From assembly GCA_965261735.1 (NCBI GenBank), contig OZ253470.1, positions 2,592,001-2,656,000 of the forward strand: a stretch of 64,000 nucleotides of DNA. The letters run 5' to 3'. The DNA comes from Alphaproteobacteria bacterium (GTDB taxonomy: Bacteria > Pseudomonadota > Alphaproteobacteria > SHVV01). Shown piece after piece: positions 33,461 through 44,584 of the stretch (position 1 is its first letter; each line of letters starts with the position of its first letter). The notes beneath the pieces were generated by a model that saw only the letters and a list, made by a program, of their open reading frames with translations, ran no database searches and was not told the DNA's origin. The position numbers and the translations under genes are program-made.

Positions 33461-34072
33461 ATGGCGCGCGCCTTTCGCGGCGGCACCCTCGTGGTCGCGA
33501 GCCACAATGCCGGCAAGGTGCGCGAGATCGGCGATCTGCTCGCGCCGCTCAATGTCACGACGCTCGCGGCCGCCGATCTCGGGCTCGCCGAGCCGGCGGA
33601 GACGGGTGCGAGCTTCACCGCCAACGCCGAGCTCAAGGCCCATGCCGCCGCGCACGCGAGCGGACACGCCGCCCTCGCCGATGATTCGGGGCTCGTGGTG
33701 CCGGCGCTTGGTGGCGCGCCCGGCCTCCACTCCGCGCGCTGGGCCGGCCCGAAGCGCGACTTCGCGGGCGCCATGAGCCGCGTTGCGCGGGAGCTCGAGC
33801 GCGGCGGCGCGGCCGTCGAGGGCTGCCCGGCCCGCTTTGTCGCCGCCCTGTCGCTCGCCTGGCCCGACGGCGATTGCGAGACCTTCGAGGGTCGAGTCGA
33901 GGGCCGGCTGGTGTGGCCGCCGCGGGGCGAACGTGGCTTCGGCTACGATCCCATGTTCGCCGCCGATGGCCATCGGCTCACCTTCGGCGAGCTGGAGCCG
34001 GCCGAAAAGCACCGCATCAGCCACCGCGCCGATGCCTTCCGCAAGCTCATCGATGCCTGCTTCCAGGCCTGA
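33461..34072 (+). CDS. rdgB: Non-canonical purine NTP pyrophosphatase
   Basis: [29 protein letters not shown]. Confidence 0.95.
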   Translation: MARAFRGGTLVVASHNAGKVREIGDLLAPLNVTTLAAADLGLAEPAETGASFTANAELKAHAAAHASGHAALADDSGLVVPALGGAPGLHSARWAGPKRDFAGAMSRVARELERGGAAVEGCPARFVAALSLAWPDGDCETFEGRVEGRLVWPPRGERGFGYDPMFAADGHRLTFGELEPAEKHRISHRADAFRKLIDACFQA

Positions 34073-35219
34073 GGCGCGCGGCGATCTCGGTATCTACGTG
34101 CACTGGCCGTTCTGCGTCCGCAAATGCCCCTATTGTGACTTCAACGTTCATATCCGCGCCCAGGTCGACGACCGTGCCTGGCGCGATGCGCTGGCCACCG
34201 AGCTTGCGCACTTTGCCCGTCTCATGCCCGGCCGGACGCTCGGGAGCGTCTATTTCGGCGGCGGTACGCCCTCGCTCATGGCCCCCGACAGCGTCGCCGC
34301 CCTGCTCGATGCGGCGGCGGGGCACTTCGCGCTCGCGCCCGACGTCGAGGTCACCCTCGAGTCCAACCCCGAGGATTCCGGGCGCCTCGCCGGCTACCGC
34401 GCCGCCGGCGTCACCCGCCTCTCGCTAGGCGTCCAGAGCCTACGCGATCCCGACCTCGCGGCCCTCGGCCGCGGCCATTCGGCGGCCCAGGCGCGCGAGG
34501 CCGTGGCGCAGGCCCAGCGCTTGTTTGCGGCGACGTCGTTCGACCTCATCTACGCCCGGCCGGGACAGGGCCCCGAGGCGTGGCGCGACGAGATCGGCGA
34601 AGCGCTCGCACTGGCCGCCGGCCACCTCTCGCTCTACCAGCTCACGTTCGAGCCCGGCACCGCCTTCCACCTTGCACTGCGGCGGGGCGCGCTGGCGGCG
34701 CCGGGCGAGGACACCGCCGCCGCCCTCTACGAGCTCACGCAGGAGAGCTGCGCCGCCGCGGGCTACTCGGCCTACGAGGTCTCCAGCCACGCCGTCCCGG
34801 GCCAGCAATCGCGCCACAACCTCAACTACTGGCGCGGCGGCGACTATGTCGGCATCGGCCCCGGGGCCCACGGCCGGCTGACGCTGGAGGGCCAGCGCAT
34901 CGCCACGCGCCAGAGCAAGCATCCGGAGACGTGGCTCGCGGCGGTGGGCTCGGCGGGACATGGTACCGAGGCGGGGGAGGTCCTCGACCGCGACACGGTC
35001 GCGGCCGAGTTCGTGATGATGGGCCTGCGGCTTGTTGAAGGTGTCTCGCTACCGGCTTTCGAGGAGGCCGTCGGGCACCCGCTCGCCGAGCACCTGGCGG
35101 GCGAACGCCTCGAGCGCCTCGTGCGCGGCGGGCTGCTCGCGCTCGACGCAGCCACCCTACGGGCCACCCCTCGCGGCCGCCCCGTGCTCGACGCGGTAAT
35201 CGGCGAGCTTCTCGCTTGA
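34053..35219 (+). CDS. hemW: Radical SAM heme chaperone HemW
   Basis: [36 protein letters not shown]. Confidence 0.93.
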   Translation: MPASRPEARGDLGIYVHWPFCVRKCPYCDFNVHIRAQVDDRAWRDALATELAHFARLMPGRTLGSVYFGGGTPSLMAPDSVAALLDAAAGHFALAPDVEVTLESNPEDSGRLAGYRAAGVTRLSLGVQSLRDPDLAALGRGHSAAQAREAVAQAQRLFAATSFDLIYARPGQGPEAWRDEIGEALALAAGHLSLYQLTFEPGTAFHLALRRGALAAPGEDTAAALYELTQESCAAAGYSAYEVSSHAVPGQQSRHNLNYWRGGDYVGIGPGAHGRLTLEGQRIATRQSKHPETWLAAVGSAGHGTEAGEVLDRDTVAAEFVMMGLRLVEGVSLPAFEEAVGHPLAEHLAGERLERLVRGGLLALDAATLRATPRGRPVLDAVIGELLA

Positions 35220-36505
35220 AGCTCCGCCGCGAGCGAGCTACTCGAGCCTCGGGTACGGCCCGCCGCTGGCGCGCCACCGCGGTGATCCTCGCGGCGCTCG
35301 CCGCCGTCTACATCGTCGTACAGTTCTACCGCGTCGCGGTCTCGGTCATCGCGCCCGACATGATGCGCGAACTCGCACTGACCTCGGAGGCGGTGGGCGG
35401 CCTGACCGCCGCCTTCTTCGTTGGGCTCGCTCTGGCACAGATTCCGGTTGGCATGCTGGTCGATCGTATCGGCCCGCGGATCACGATGCCCGCCATGCTT
35501 GGGTTCGCCGTGTTGGGCTCGCTCCTGTTCGCGGCGGCGACCTCGACGGTGGAACTCACCATGGCGCGCCTGCTTACCGGTGTCGGGTGCGCCGGCGCGA
35601 TCGGCGCCATGGTGGTATGCGCACGCTGGTTCGCGCCCAAGCACTTCGGCACCCTGGCCGGGGTTCTGGCCGGGCTCGGCAACCTCGGCAACTTACTGGC
35701 AGCGACGCCTCTAGCCGCAGCGGCGCAGGCGTTCGGTTGGCGCGCCCCTTTCGTTGCCGTCGCGTTCATCACCGCGGTGGTCGCGGTAATAGTCTTTGCC
35801 ATGGTTCGCGACACGCGGCCGGGCCGCGAGCCTGAGGTGCGCGTGCCGGAGAGCGGCGCCGTTATCCTTGCGGGCCTCGCGCAGGTCATTCTCAATCGCC
35901 GCCTCCACCCTATCGTGGCAATGAGTTTTGTCGGATACGCCAGCCTGATCACGGTAATGGGCCTGTGGGCCGGGCCCTATCTCCACGACGTGCATGGTCT
36001 CGGGCCGGTGCCGCGGGGCAATGTGCAGCTGGTCATGACACTGGGGCTGATCGCGGCGCTGTTCGCGATCGGCCCGATCGAGCGCTATTTCGACACGCGC
36101 AAGGGCGTGGTGGTTTGGGGCGCGGCGGCCACGATCGCTGTGTTCGGGGTTCTCGCTCTGTGGCCCTCGCCGCCCCTGTGGGCGGTCACGGTGCTGTTTG
36201 CGCTTTTGGCTCCGCTCAATGCGTACAGCATCATCGCCTTCGCCCACGGCCGTGCGATGATCCCCGACCGCCTTGTCGGGCGCGGCATTGCCGTGCTCAG
36301 CGTGATCAGCATGTGTGGGATCGCGACGCTGCAAATTACGACTGGTTTTATCGTCGGCGCCTTTGCCGAGGACGGCGTGGTGGGGCCGGCCGGCTACCGC
36401 TGGATGTTCGCCTTTCTCGCTGCCATCGTGTTGGCATCACTCCTTCGCTACCGGCGCAGCGAGGACATGCGGCCGAGCCGCGATAGAGCAAGAGCCGGGG
36501 CATAG
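35216..36505 (+). CDS. MFS transporter
   Basis: G.LVDRIGPR motif A; about 12 TM helices. Confidence 0.88.
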   Translation: MKLRRERATRASGTARRWRATAVILAALAAVYIVVQFYRVAVSVIAPDMMRELALTSEAVGGLTAAFFVGLALAQIPVGMLVDRIGPRITMPAMLGFAVLGSLLFAAATSTVELTMARLLTGVGCAGAIGAMVVCARWFAPKHFGTLAGVLAGLGNLGNLLAATPLAAAAQAFGWRAPFVAVAFITAVVAVIVFAMVRDTRPGREPEVRVPESGAVILAGLAQVILNRRLHPIVAMSFVGYASLITVMGLWAGPYLHDVHGLGPVPRGNVQLVMTLGLIAALFAIGPIERYFDTRKGVVVWGAAATIAVFGVLALWPSPPLWAVTVLFALLAPLNAYSIIAFAHGRAMIPDRLVGRGIAVLSVISMCGIATLQITTGFIVGAFAEDGVVGPAGYRWMFAFLAAIVLASLLRYRRSEDMRPSRDRARAGA

Positions 36506-36550
36506 GCACGGCTAACGGGCCGCAGCCCGGGGGGCTCGGGGGCCAGCCCG

Positions 36551-38008
36551 CTAGGTCCCGGGTTTCTGGAAGGTGGTTGGAGCGTCGCTGATGACGCGCA
36601 AGGAGCGTGGGCGCACCTCCATGACCGCGAGGCCGCGTTCGGCGATGCCGTCGGGGCGGAAACGGAAGATGCCGTCGATACCGGAGAAACCGCTCGAGGA
36701 GCCGAGCGCCGAGGCCGAGAAGTCGGGTCCGTCCGGTGCCCGCGCGAGGACCGCGGCGAGCGCCACGGCGTCGTAGGCGAGGCTCGCAATGCGTGGCGGC
36801 GCCCGGCCATAGGCGGCCGTGAAGCGGTCCCGGAAGAGCTCGGCCTCGCGTGGCGGCGGGCCGGCGAACCAGCCGCCGACCAGGCTCGGCTCGCGGCCGA
36901 TCGTCGGGTCGTCCCACAGGGCCGTGCCGAGAAAGCGAATCTTGTCGGGATCGATATCGTAGAAGGCCATGGTCGGCGCCAGCTCGCGTAGCCGGTCGCC
37001 GCCCTCGGGCAGCAGGACCGCGTCATAGCCCAGTTCGCCGAACGTCTCGAGTCCCTCGAGACGACGCAAGGCCTGGCGCGAGGCTTCATCCTCCTGTGCC
37101 GCGAGCTGGGCGCGCAACGCGTCGAGCTCCGCCCGGCGGCTTCCGAAGCTCGCCAGACGCTGCACGGGCTTGGCGTAGTCTCCCGATCCGGGCACGTAGC
37201 GCACGATGCGGGCGATGCGGACGCCACCCCGCTGCGCCGCCGCTTCGAGCGCGGATTCGACGGTCGCGCCGTAGGCCGTGTCAGGGATGAGCGCTGCGAC
37301 GCGCCACAGCCCCTGGCGCCGCGCAAACGTCACGACGCGCTCGATCTGCTGCTCCGGCATGACGCCCATGAGGTACACTCCCGGCGCCGCCACCGCGCGG
37401 TCGGTCGAGAACGCGACCATGTTGACGCCGCGGGCCCGCGCAGGCTCGACCGCGGCCGCGACGGAGGCACTGAACAAGGGCCCGAGCACCAGAAAGGCCC
37501 CCTCCTGCAGCGCCAACTCGGCGGCCGCGCGGGCGCCTTCGGGCGTCCCGCCGGTGTCCCTGGGCAGCAGCACGAGGCGGGCGTCGGAGACGTCGAACAG
37601 GGCGAGCTGCGCGGCATCCAGCATCGCCGCGCCGATCTCCTCGTGGGCACCGCTGAGCGGCAGCAGCAGCGCCACCTTGATCGGCGGCGGCGCGTCCAGC
37701 GCCGGTGGCGACAGCAACGGCGCGACCGGCTCGACGGTGACCGGCGTTTCGGCCGCGACGGGAGGCGGACTCGGCGCCGGTGCCGGCTGCGGGGCCGCGG
37801 GGGCGACGGGAACCGGCGTCGGCGCCGAGTCCGGCGGCGGCACCCGGCGCGTGACGTCGGTGGGCGGTGCGCTCGCGGGCGCTGCTTCGCCCCCTATCCC
37901 GAGGCGCCCCTTAATGTCTAGAGTCGGCGACCCGCATCCCGCGAGCAGTGCGAGGCTGGCCGCGAACAAGGTCGTGGTGAGCGATACCGGCACCGGTAGA
38001 TTTTGCAA
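36551..38008 (-). CDS. Penicillin-binding protein activator / periplasmic-binding lipoprotein (LpoA-like)
   Basis: Lipobox LAGC, KVALLLPLSG, GPLFS, AYDAV, F.G.DG.FRF; divergent from rsmI. Confidence 0.85.
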   Translation of the reverse strand: MQNLPVPVSLTTTLFAASLALLAGCGSPTLDIKGRLGIGGEAAPASAPPTDVTRRVPPPDSAPTPVPVAPAAPQPAPAPSPPPVAAETPVTVEPVAPLLSPPALDAPPPIKVALLLPLSGAHEEIGAAMLDAAQLALFDVSDARLVLLPRDTGGTPEGARAAAELALQEGAFLVLGPLFSASVAAAVEPARARGVNMVAFSTDRAVAAPGVYLMGVMPEQQIERVVTFARRQGLWRVAALIPDTAYGATVESALEAAAQRGGVRIARIVRYVPGSGDYAKPVQRLASFGSRRAELDALRAQLAAQEDEASRQALRRLEGLETFGELGYDAVLLPEGGDRLRELAPTMAFYDIDPDKIRFLGTALWDDPTIGREPSLVGGWFAGPPPREAELFRDRFTAAYGRAPPRIASLAYDAVALAAVLARAPDGPDFSASALGSSSGFSGIDGIFRFRPDGIAERGLAVMEVRPRSLRVISDAPTTFQKPGT

Positions 38009-38037
38009 CGCACTTCCCGTACACAGTCCGGGAGCCT

Positions 38038-38931
38038 ATGGAACAGAAAACAAAAGGTAACGAGGCGGTGGCGGGAAGTAAACTGGAGCCCGGACTCTAC
38101 GTAACCGCGACGCCCATCGGCAATATGGGCGATATCACGTTACGCGCCCTCGAAGCGCTGCGCGCCGCGGACGTCATCGCCTGTGAGGATACGCGCCGCA
38201 CCGGCCGCCTGCTGGCCCGCTACGACATCAAGCGGCCGCTTATCGCCTACCACGATCACAACGAGATGCGCATGCATCCGGTGCTCATCGAGCGCTTGAT
38301 CGCTGGCGAGCTTATCGTCCTCGTCTCGGATGCGGGCACCCCGCTCGTGTCCGACCCCGGCTACCGCCTCGTGCGCGCGGCGCGCGAGCATGGCGTTTTC
38401 GTCACCGCCTTGCCCGGCGCCTCGTCGGTCCTCGCCGCGCTTTCCGTCGCCGGCCTGCCGGTGCAACCGTTTCTCTTCACCGGCTTTCTGCCCGCAAGGC
38501 AGGGCGCGCGGCGGCGTGAGGCGACGCGCCTCGCCGCCATCGACGCGACGCTCGTCCTTTTCGAATCGGCGCGCAGGCTGCCGGCCAGCCTCGCCGACCT
38601 CGCGGCCGCGATGGGGCCGCGCGCGGCGGCCGTGGCGCGCGAACTCACCAAGCTCCATGAGGAAGTCCGGCGGGGATCGCTGGCCGACCTCGCGGCCGGG
38701 TACGCGTTCGAGGGCCCACCCAAGGGCGAGGTCGTCCTGGTCATCGCACCGCGCGGTTCGGGGCGCGCCGCGGCGCCGTCGGAGGCCGAAATCGATGCCC
38801 TGTTGGGCGAGGCGCTACGGACGCGAACGCCGAGCCGCGCCGCCGCCGCCGTGGCCGTGGCCGCGGGACTGCCGCGCCGCGCTGTCTACGCGCGAGCGCT
38901 CGCGCTCCGGCGTGGCAGCGGCGCGGCGTGA
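38038..38931 (+). CDS. rsmI: 16S rRNA C1402 2'-O-methyltransferase
   Basis: LYVTATPIGN..DIT.RA, CEDTR, VSDAGTPLVSDPG, ARELTKLHEE. Confidence 0.96.
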   Translation: MEQKTKGNEAVAGSKLEPGLYVTATPIGNMGDITLRALEALRAADVIACEDTRRTGRLLARYDIKRPLIAYHDHNEMRMHPVLIERLIAGELIVLVSDAGTPLVSDPGYRLVRAAREHGVFVTALPGASSVLAALSVAGLPVQPFLFTGFLPARQGARRREATRLAAIDATLVLFESARRLPASLADLAAAMGPRAAAVARELTKLHEEVRRGSLADLAAGYAFEGPPKGEVVLVIAPRGSGRAAAPSEAEIDALLGEALRTRTPSRAAAAVAVAAGLPRRAVYARALALRRGSGAA

Positions 38932-39299
38932 GCGGGCGGCGCGCGCGAAAACGGCGGCGTGCGCAGCGCGCCGGCCGCTGGGCGGAGGTGGCCGGCGTAT
39001 GGTATCTGCGCCTCAAGGGCTACCGCATTCTCGCCCGGCGCTACCGCGTGCCGGTCGGCGAGGTCGACATCGTCGCGTGCCGCGGGAGCACGCTCGCACT
39101 GGTCGAGGTCAAGGCGCGCCCGAGCCTCGATAGGGCGGCCGAGGCCCTGACCGCGCGCCAGCGCGCGCGGATCGGCCGCGCGGCGCGCATGTTTCTCGCC
39201 CACCATCCCAAGCTCGCCGCTCTCGCCGTGCGCTTCGACGTTCTCCTCGTGGTATCATGGCGCCTGCCCGTCCACCTTGAAGATGCATGGCGCGAATGA
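38928..39299 (+). CDS. yraN: YraN-family protein
   Basis: G..AE, LRLKGYRILARR, GEVDIVA, VEVKAR, RFDV. Confidence 0.92.
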   Translation: MSGRRARKRRRAQRAGRWAEVAGVWYLRLKGYRILARRYRVPVGEVDIVACRGSTLALVEVKARPSLDRAAEALTARQRARIGRAARMFLAHHPKLAALAVRFDVLLVVSWRLPVHLEDAWRE

Positions 39300-39373
39300 G
39301 GGGCGGTGAGGGTCTGCGCGGGGCGCCCGAAATCCGCCGCTTGGGTGCCCGGGTCGCCAACTCAGAGGGTCAA

Positions 39374-39994
39374 ATGCAGCGTCCTCCCGGCATCCAGTTT
39401 CGCTTCCGTGCGCCTGCGATCGTCGCGTTTCTGGCCTGCGCCCTGGGCCTTTCCGGCTGCGTCGGCATGGCCGCCGGCGGCGCCGCGGCGGTCGGCGTCG
39501 CCGCCGCGCAGGAGCGCAGCATCGGCGCCGCCATCGACGACGCCACGATCGACATCGAGATCAATCACCTGCTGCTGCAAAAGAGCGAGGCGTTGTTTCG
39601 CCGCGTCGGTATCGACGTCGTCGAGGCCCGCGTCCTGCTGACCGGGAACGTTCCGACACCGGACGAACGGGTGCAGGCCGCACGACTCGCGTGGCAGGCG
39701 GCGGGTGTCCGCGAGGTTCTCAACGAGATCCAGGTCGATGACCGCAGCGGCATCATCGATTACTTCAAGGATGCCCGAATCTCCTGGCAGCTGCGCTTCA
39801 AGATATTGACCGATCGTGACATCGGCGACATCAACTACACGATCGAAACGGTCAACGGCGTTATCTACGTCATGGGAATCGCCCGCGACCAGAAGGAGCT
39901 CGACAAGGTGACGGGCCACGCCAGCAACATTCCCGGCGTCGTCAAGGTGGTCGGCCACGTCCGGCTCAGAGACGATCCGCGGCGCCGCACCTGA
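39374..39994 (+). CDS. BON-domain lipoprotein
   Basis: Lipobox LSGC; two BON domains (RVLLTG, GV..V). Confidence 0.88.
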   Translation: MQRPPGIQFRFRAPAIVAFLACALGLSGCVGMAAGGAAAVGVAAAQERSIGAAIDDATIDIEINHLLLQKSEALFRRVGIDVVEARVLLTGNVPTPDERVQAARLAWQAAGVREVLNEIQVDDRSGIIDYFKDARISWQLRFKILTDRDIGDINYTIETVNGVIYVMGIARDQKELDKVTGHASNIPGVVKVVGHVRLRDDPRRRT

Positions 39995-40000
39995 GGCGGC

Positions 40001-40828
40001 GTGAGCGAGCGCGAAACGCTCGAGGAGACCCTGCGCGCCGTCGGGGCGGCCGACGACGAGGCCATTGACCTCGCCGCGGCGGCACTCGCGCTCGCCGCGC
40101 TCGATCATTTGGGCACCGCGCTCGAACCGTACCGGGAGCATCTCGGCCTGGTCGCCGAAACCTGCGGGTTGGTTGCCGGCGACGGCGACTTCGAGGCGTG
40201 CCTGGCGGCGCTCCAGGACACGCTCGTGCGCCGCTACGCCTACCACGGCGACGCCCTGACCTACGACGATCCGTGGAACGCGGACCTCATGTGCGTCATC
40301 GACCGCCGCCACGGCCTGCCGGTCGCGCTCGGGATTCTCTACATCCACACGGCGCGCGCCCAGGGCTGGGCGATGGCCGGGCTCAACTTCCCCAACCACT
40401 TCCTCATGCGCCTGGAGACGCATGGCAAAAGTGCCGTTCTCGACCCGTTTCGCGGCGCCCAGGTGCTCGAGCCGGAGGCACTGCGCGAGACCTTGAAGCG
40501 CGTCCTCGATCCCGACGCGGAACTCTCGCCCGGGCACCTCAGCGTCGCCGACAACCGCTCCATCCTGATGCGCCTGCAGAACAACATCAAGACGCGCGCG
40601 CTCGCCGCCAACGACGTCGACCGTGCCATCGAGATCATCGAGCGCACCCTGCTGTTTGCCCCTGATCACGCGTCGCTGTGGCGCGAGCTCAGCGTCATGT
40701 GGGCGCATCAGGGTACGCTCAGGAACGCGATCGAAGCGGGCGAGGGGTGGTTGATGCGCGCCGCCGGGATGGGCGCGCGCCACGACGCGCAAGCCTGGCT
40801 CGACGAGCTCAAGCGGCGCATCAACTGA
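40001..40828 (+). CDS. SirB1/transglutaminase-like + TPR protein
   Basis: YDDPWNADL..VIDRR.GLPVALGILY, GLNFPNHFL, RLQNNIK. Confidence 0.85.
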   Translation: MSERETLEETLRAVGAADDEAIDLAAAALALAALDHLGTALEPYREHLGLVAETCGLVAGDGDFEACLAALQDTLVRRYAYHGDALTYDDPWNADLMCVIDRRHGLPVALGILYIHTARAQGWAMAGLNFPNHFLMRLETHGKSAVLDPFRGAQVLEPEALRETLKRVLDPDAELSPGHLSVADNRSILMRLQNNIKTRALAANDVDRAIEIIERTLLFAPDHASLWRELSVMWAHQGTLRNAIEAGEGWLMRAAGMGARHDAQAWLDELKRRIN

Positions 40829-40902
40829 GGCCCATAGTTCGCGCTGGGAGCGTCCCGAGCGCTCGACTATAGTGGCCGCCACGCCCGCCTCGGAGCCTTG
40901 GC

Positions 40903-41868
40903 ATGAGTCTCGCCGTCGCCATCCAGATGGACCCGATCGAGACGATCGACATCGAGGCCGACAGCACGTTCGTTCTCGCTCTGGAGGCGCAAGCCCGCGG
41001 TCACGGGCTCTTTCACTATTTGCCGCGCGACCTGTTTCTCAAGTCGGGGCGGGTTTACGCGCGCGCGCGCGCGCTCGAGGTGCGGCGCGAGGCCGGCCGC
41101 CACTATTCGCTCGGCGCGCCCGAGACCCTCGACCTCGCCACGCTCGACATCGTGCTCATGCGCCAGGACCCGCCCTTCGACATGGCCTACATCACGGCCA
41201 CCCACCTGCTCGAGCACATCCACCCCGAGACGATGGTGGTCAACGACCCGGTCCAGGTCCGCAACGCGCCCGAAAAGCTCTACGTCACACACTTCGCCGA
41301 CATCATGCCGCCGACGCTTATCACCGCCGACCCGGTGCAGATTCGCGCCTTCCGCGACGAGCACCACGACATCATCATCAAGCCGCTGTTCGGCAATGGC
41401 GGCGCCGGCGTGTTCCACATCGCCGCCGGCGACGACAACCTGAACGCGCTGCTCGAGCTGTTCACCGAGCTCTACCGCGAGCCCATCGTCGTGCAGCGTT
41501 ATCTGCCCGAGGTGCGGGCCGGCGACAAGCGCATCATCCTGATCGACGGCAGGCCCGCCGGCGCCATCAACCGGGTACCGCCCGAGGGCGAGGTGCGCGC
41601 CAACATGCACGTCGGCGCCAAGCCCGAGAAGGCGACGCTGACCACGCGCGAGCGCGAGATCTGCGACGCCATCGGCCCGGCGCTCGAGCGCCGCGGGCTG
41701 GTGTTCGCCGGCATCGACGTAATCGGCGGCTTCCTCACCGAGATCAACGTAACCTCGCCGACGGGCTTGCAGGAGGTCAACCGCTTCGACGGCACCCGCC
41801 TCGAGGCCGACATCTGGGACGCGATCGAGCGCCGCTACCACGACCACCGCAACATCCGCCCGGCATGA
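40903..41868 (+). CDS. gshB: Glutathione synthetase
   Basis: [26 protein letters not shown]. Confidence 0.97.
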   Translation: MSLAVAIQMDPIETIDIEADSTFVLALEAQARGHGLFHYLPRDLFLKSGRVYARARALEVRREAGRHYSLGAPETLDLATLDIVLMRQDPPFDMAYITATHLLEHIHPETMVVNDPVQVRNAPEKLYVTHFADIMPPTLITADPVQIRAFRDEHHDIIIKPLFGNGGAGVFHIAAGDDNLNALLELFTELYREPIVVQRYLPEVRAGDKRIILIDGRPAGAINRVPPEGEVRANMHVGAKPEKATLTTREREICDAIGPALERRGLVFAGIDVIGGFLTEINVTSPTGLQEVNRFDGTRLEADIWDAIERRYHDHRNIRPA

Positions 41869-42428
41869 GCGCGTCGCCGAGGGAGATGCGCGAGCGGCTG
41901 CGCGCCATCGTCACAGCGCGCTCGCTGAGCGTGGGCGAAGAGGTCCGCCTCGCCTCGGGTGCCGCGAGCCGCTTCTATTTCAACATGAAGGAGACGATGT
42001 TCGACCCGGAAGGGGCGAGCCTCATCGCCGACCTGGTGCTCGACGCGCTGGCGGGCGATGCGCCCGACTATGTCGGCGGGCTCGAGATGGGCGCGGTGCC
42101 GATCGTCGCCTGCGTGAGCCAGCGCAGCTTCCAGATCGGCCGCCCCGTACCCGGCTTCTTCGTCCGCAAGGAGGTCAAGGACCACGGTACCAAGCGGCGC
42201 ATCGAGGGCCGCCTTGAGGCGGGCCGGCGCGCGGTCATCCTCGAGGACGTAACGACGACCGGCGGCTCGGCGCTACAGGCGGTGGAAGCGGCGCGCGGCG
42301 CCGGGGTCAGCGTCGAGAAGATCGTGACCATCGTCGACCGCCTCGAGGGCGCGGCCGCCCGCCTCGCTACCCACGACCTCACCCTCGTCGCCCTCCTCAC
42401 CGCGCGCGACTTCGAGATCGAGGCCTAA
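41865..42428 (+). CDS. pyrE: Orotate phosphoribosyltransferase
   Basis: [27 protein letters not shown]. Confidence 0.92.
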   Translation: MSASPREMRERLRAIVTARSLSVGEEVRLASGAASRFYFNMKETMFDPEGASLIADLVLDALAGDAPDYVGGLEMGAVPIVACVSQRSFQIGRPVPGFFVRKEVKDHGTKRRIEGRLEAGRRAVILEDVTTTGGSALQAVEAARGAGVSVEKIVTIVDRLEGAAARLATHDLTLVALLTARDFEIEA

Positions 42429-42582
42429 GTCCGGGCGAGCGGTGGGCGCCGGAAGCGTCTCAGGTCGAAAACAGCCGTCTGGTACGCCCTCGTGAAGCAT
42501 CACAGCGAAGGTGCCATCCAACAGGGTCTGGAATTCCTAACCCAAAGAGCGCATATTTCGTGACTTATGGAAGGAGAATCGC

Positions 42583-42798
42583 ATGGCCGAACGCAAATCA
42601 GCCCTTAGGCGGGCGCCTGAGCGCCCAGCACTCGCCGCGCTTATAGACCATGCGAAAACGGTTGATCTGACCGACGATCAACTGTTGGAGCAACGTGCCA
42701 GCTTCGTGTACGGCAATGCACCCGAGCGCTCGCGGATCACAAGGGAGTCGGCGGCGAGGTCTGTCAGGAGGGTCCGCGTTAGAACGGCACCCGCATGA
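42583..42798 (+). CDS. Small protein upstream of Fic (candidate antitoxin)
   Basis: GGAG RBS; 71 aa; EQRASFVYGN...ITRE; immediately precedes fic. Confidence 0.6.
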   Translation: MAERKSALRRAPERPALAALIDHAKTVDLTDDQLLEQRASFVYGNAPERSRITRESAARSVRRVRVRTAPA

Positions 42799-42826
42799 CA
42801 CCGGCGGGAGTGGCTCACGCGTAGCG

Positions 42827-43183
42827 ATGTTCATCCTCGAAGAGGAGGATCAGGAGCTCTACGATCGGGTTCAAGAGCAGAATCTGAATCGGCAATATGA
42901 ACTGCTCACCAACTGTATCGAAATCGGATTGATGAAAGGGCCCGCGGCGTTCGACAAGTACCTGCTATGGGCCCTCAACCATGTCGCTGTGGCGAATATC
43001 TCTCAGTTCGGCGGGAGATTCCGCAGGGAACCTGTCTACGTGGGAGACCACAAGCCACCGCACTTCAATGAGGTTTACGACTGGATGGACCGCTTCATCT
43101 CGACGGTCCAAGAGAACTGGTATGTCTGGACGCCGACAGAATTGGCCGCATATGGGCTCTGGCGACTAAACTGGATTCATCCG
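42827..43183 (+). pseudogene. fic: Fic-family protein truncated inside its catalytic motif
   Basis: GRFR...VYVG.HKPP...AAYGLWRLNWIHP then unrelated sequence; HPFxxGNGR is cut after HP and there is no stop. Confidence 0.8.
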
Positions 43184-43409
43184 GTCCCTTCGCTGATATC
43201 TCAAACAGCCCGTTCTCCTTTGTCTCGACCCATTCGACAAACTCCCTTTCAACAAGTGCATCAATGGTCTTTCTGGCTACGAGTTCTGATTTGTCATGAG
43301 GCACAAACCGACCCATCTGATAGATGCTATTTGCTTCTTGACGAGGAGCGTAGGCCGCGTCCCAAATCAGGTAGAGCACCTCTTCTTGCGCATCATCGAA
43401 GAGGGACAT
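43184..43409 (-). pseudogene. Truncated low-GC gene (winged-helix-like) coupled to carA
   Basis: ATG overlaps the carA stop (TGATG); MSLFDDAQEEVLYLIW...IDALVEREFVEW....GLFEISAKG runs into the antisense of fic. Confidence 0.5.
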
Positions 43410-44584
43410 CAGTGCTCCTCCATCATCGCCACAAAACGCTCGAACAAGTAGTGGCTGTCTTGGGGGCCGGGGGAGGCCTCGGGGTGGTATTGCACGCCGA
43501 ACACGGGCTTGTCGGCGAGCGCGAGGCCCTCGAGGCTGGCGTCGAAGAGCGAGGTGTGGGTGGCGGCGACGCCGGCCGGCAGGCTCGACGCCTCGACCAC
43601 GAAACCGTGGTTCTGGCTCGTGATCTCGACCTGGCCGGTCTTGAGGTCCTTGACCGGGTGGTTGGCGCCGCGGTGCCCGCGCCTCATCTTGGAGGTGCGC
43701 GCGCCCAGCGCCAGCGCCAGTATCTGGAAGCCGAGGCAGATTCCGAAGAGCGGCAACCCGCTCTCGAGCAGCGCGCGGACCACCTGAACGGCGTAGGCGC
43801 CGGTCGCCGCCGGATCGCCCGGGCCGTTGGAGAGGAAGACGCCGTCGGGGCGGTGCGCGAGGATGTCCTCGGGCCGGGCCGCCGCCGGGACCACGGTGAC
43901 GCGGCAGCCGGCCGCCGCGAGACAGCGCAGGATGTTGTGCTTGACGCCATAGTCGATCGCGACGACGTGGAACCGCGGCCGCGCCGGCGCGCCGTAGCCG
44001 GCGTCCAACGACCAGACGGTCTGGTCCCAGCGGTAGGTCTGCGTGCACGACACTTCCTGCGCGAGGTCCATGCCTTCGAGGCCGGGCCAGGCGCGCGCCG
44101 CCGCAGCCAGCGCCGCCGGGTCGATGCCGCCGCGGCGGCCGGCGTGGCACAAGGCGCCGGATTGCGGCCCGCCGTCGCGCAGCAGCCGCGTCAACCGGCG
44201 CGTATCCACCCCGCTCATGCCGACCAGGCCCTTGCGCTTGAGCCAGGCGTTGAGATGCTGGGCGGCGCGAAAGTTGGACGGCGCCGAGATCGGCGCGCGC
44301 ACCACCAAACCCCGCGCCGCCGGGCTCACCGCCTCGACGTCCTCGTCGTTGGCGCCGACATTACCGATGTGGGGAAAGGTGAAGGTGATGATTTGGCCGG
44401 CGTAGGAGGGGTCGGTGAGGATCTCCTGGTAGCCCGTCATCGAGGTGTTGAAGCAGACCTCGCCGACCACCGTGCCCTGTGCGCCAACCCCGGTGCCACT
44501 TATCAGGGAGCCATCGGCCAGCACCAACGCCGCCGGCGCCCCGCGGGCGGGAGGCGCGGCGCGACTCGTCGATGCACGAACCAA
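43409..44584 (-). CDS. carA: Carbamoyl-phosphate synthase small subunit
   Basis: GEVCFNTSMTGYQEILTDPSY, LSNGPGDP, GICLG.Q, QYHPEASPGP. Confidence 0.97.
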   Translation of the reverse strand: MVRASTSRAAPPARGAPAALVLADGSLISGTGVGAQGTVVGEVCFNTSMTGYQEILTDPSYAGQIITFTFPHIGNVGANDEDVEAVSPAARGLVVRAPISAPSNFRAAQHLNAWLKRKGLVGMSGVDTRRLTRLLRDGGPQSGALCHAGRRGGIDPAALAAAARAWPGLEGMDLAQEVSCTQTYRWDQTVWSLDAGYGAPARPRFHVVAIDYGVKHNILRCLAAAGCRVTVVPAAARPEDILAHRPDGVFLSNGPGDPAATGAYAVQVVRALLESGLPLFGICLGFQILALALGARTSKMRRGHRGANHPVKDLKTGQVEITSQNHGFVVEASSLPAGVAATHTSLFDASLEGLALADKPVFGVQYHPEASPGPQDSHYLFERFVAMMEEH

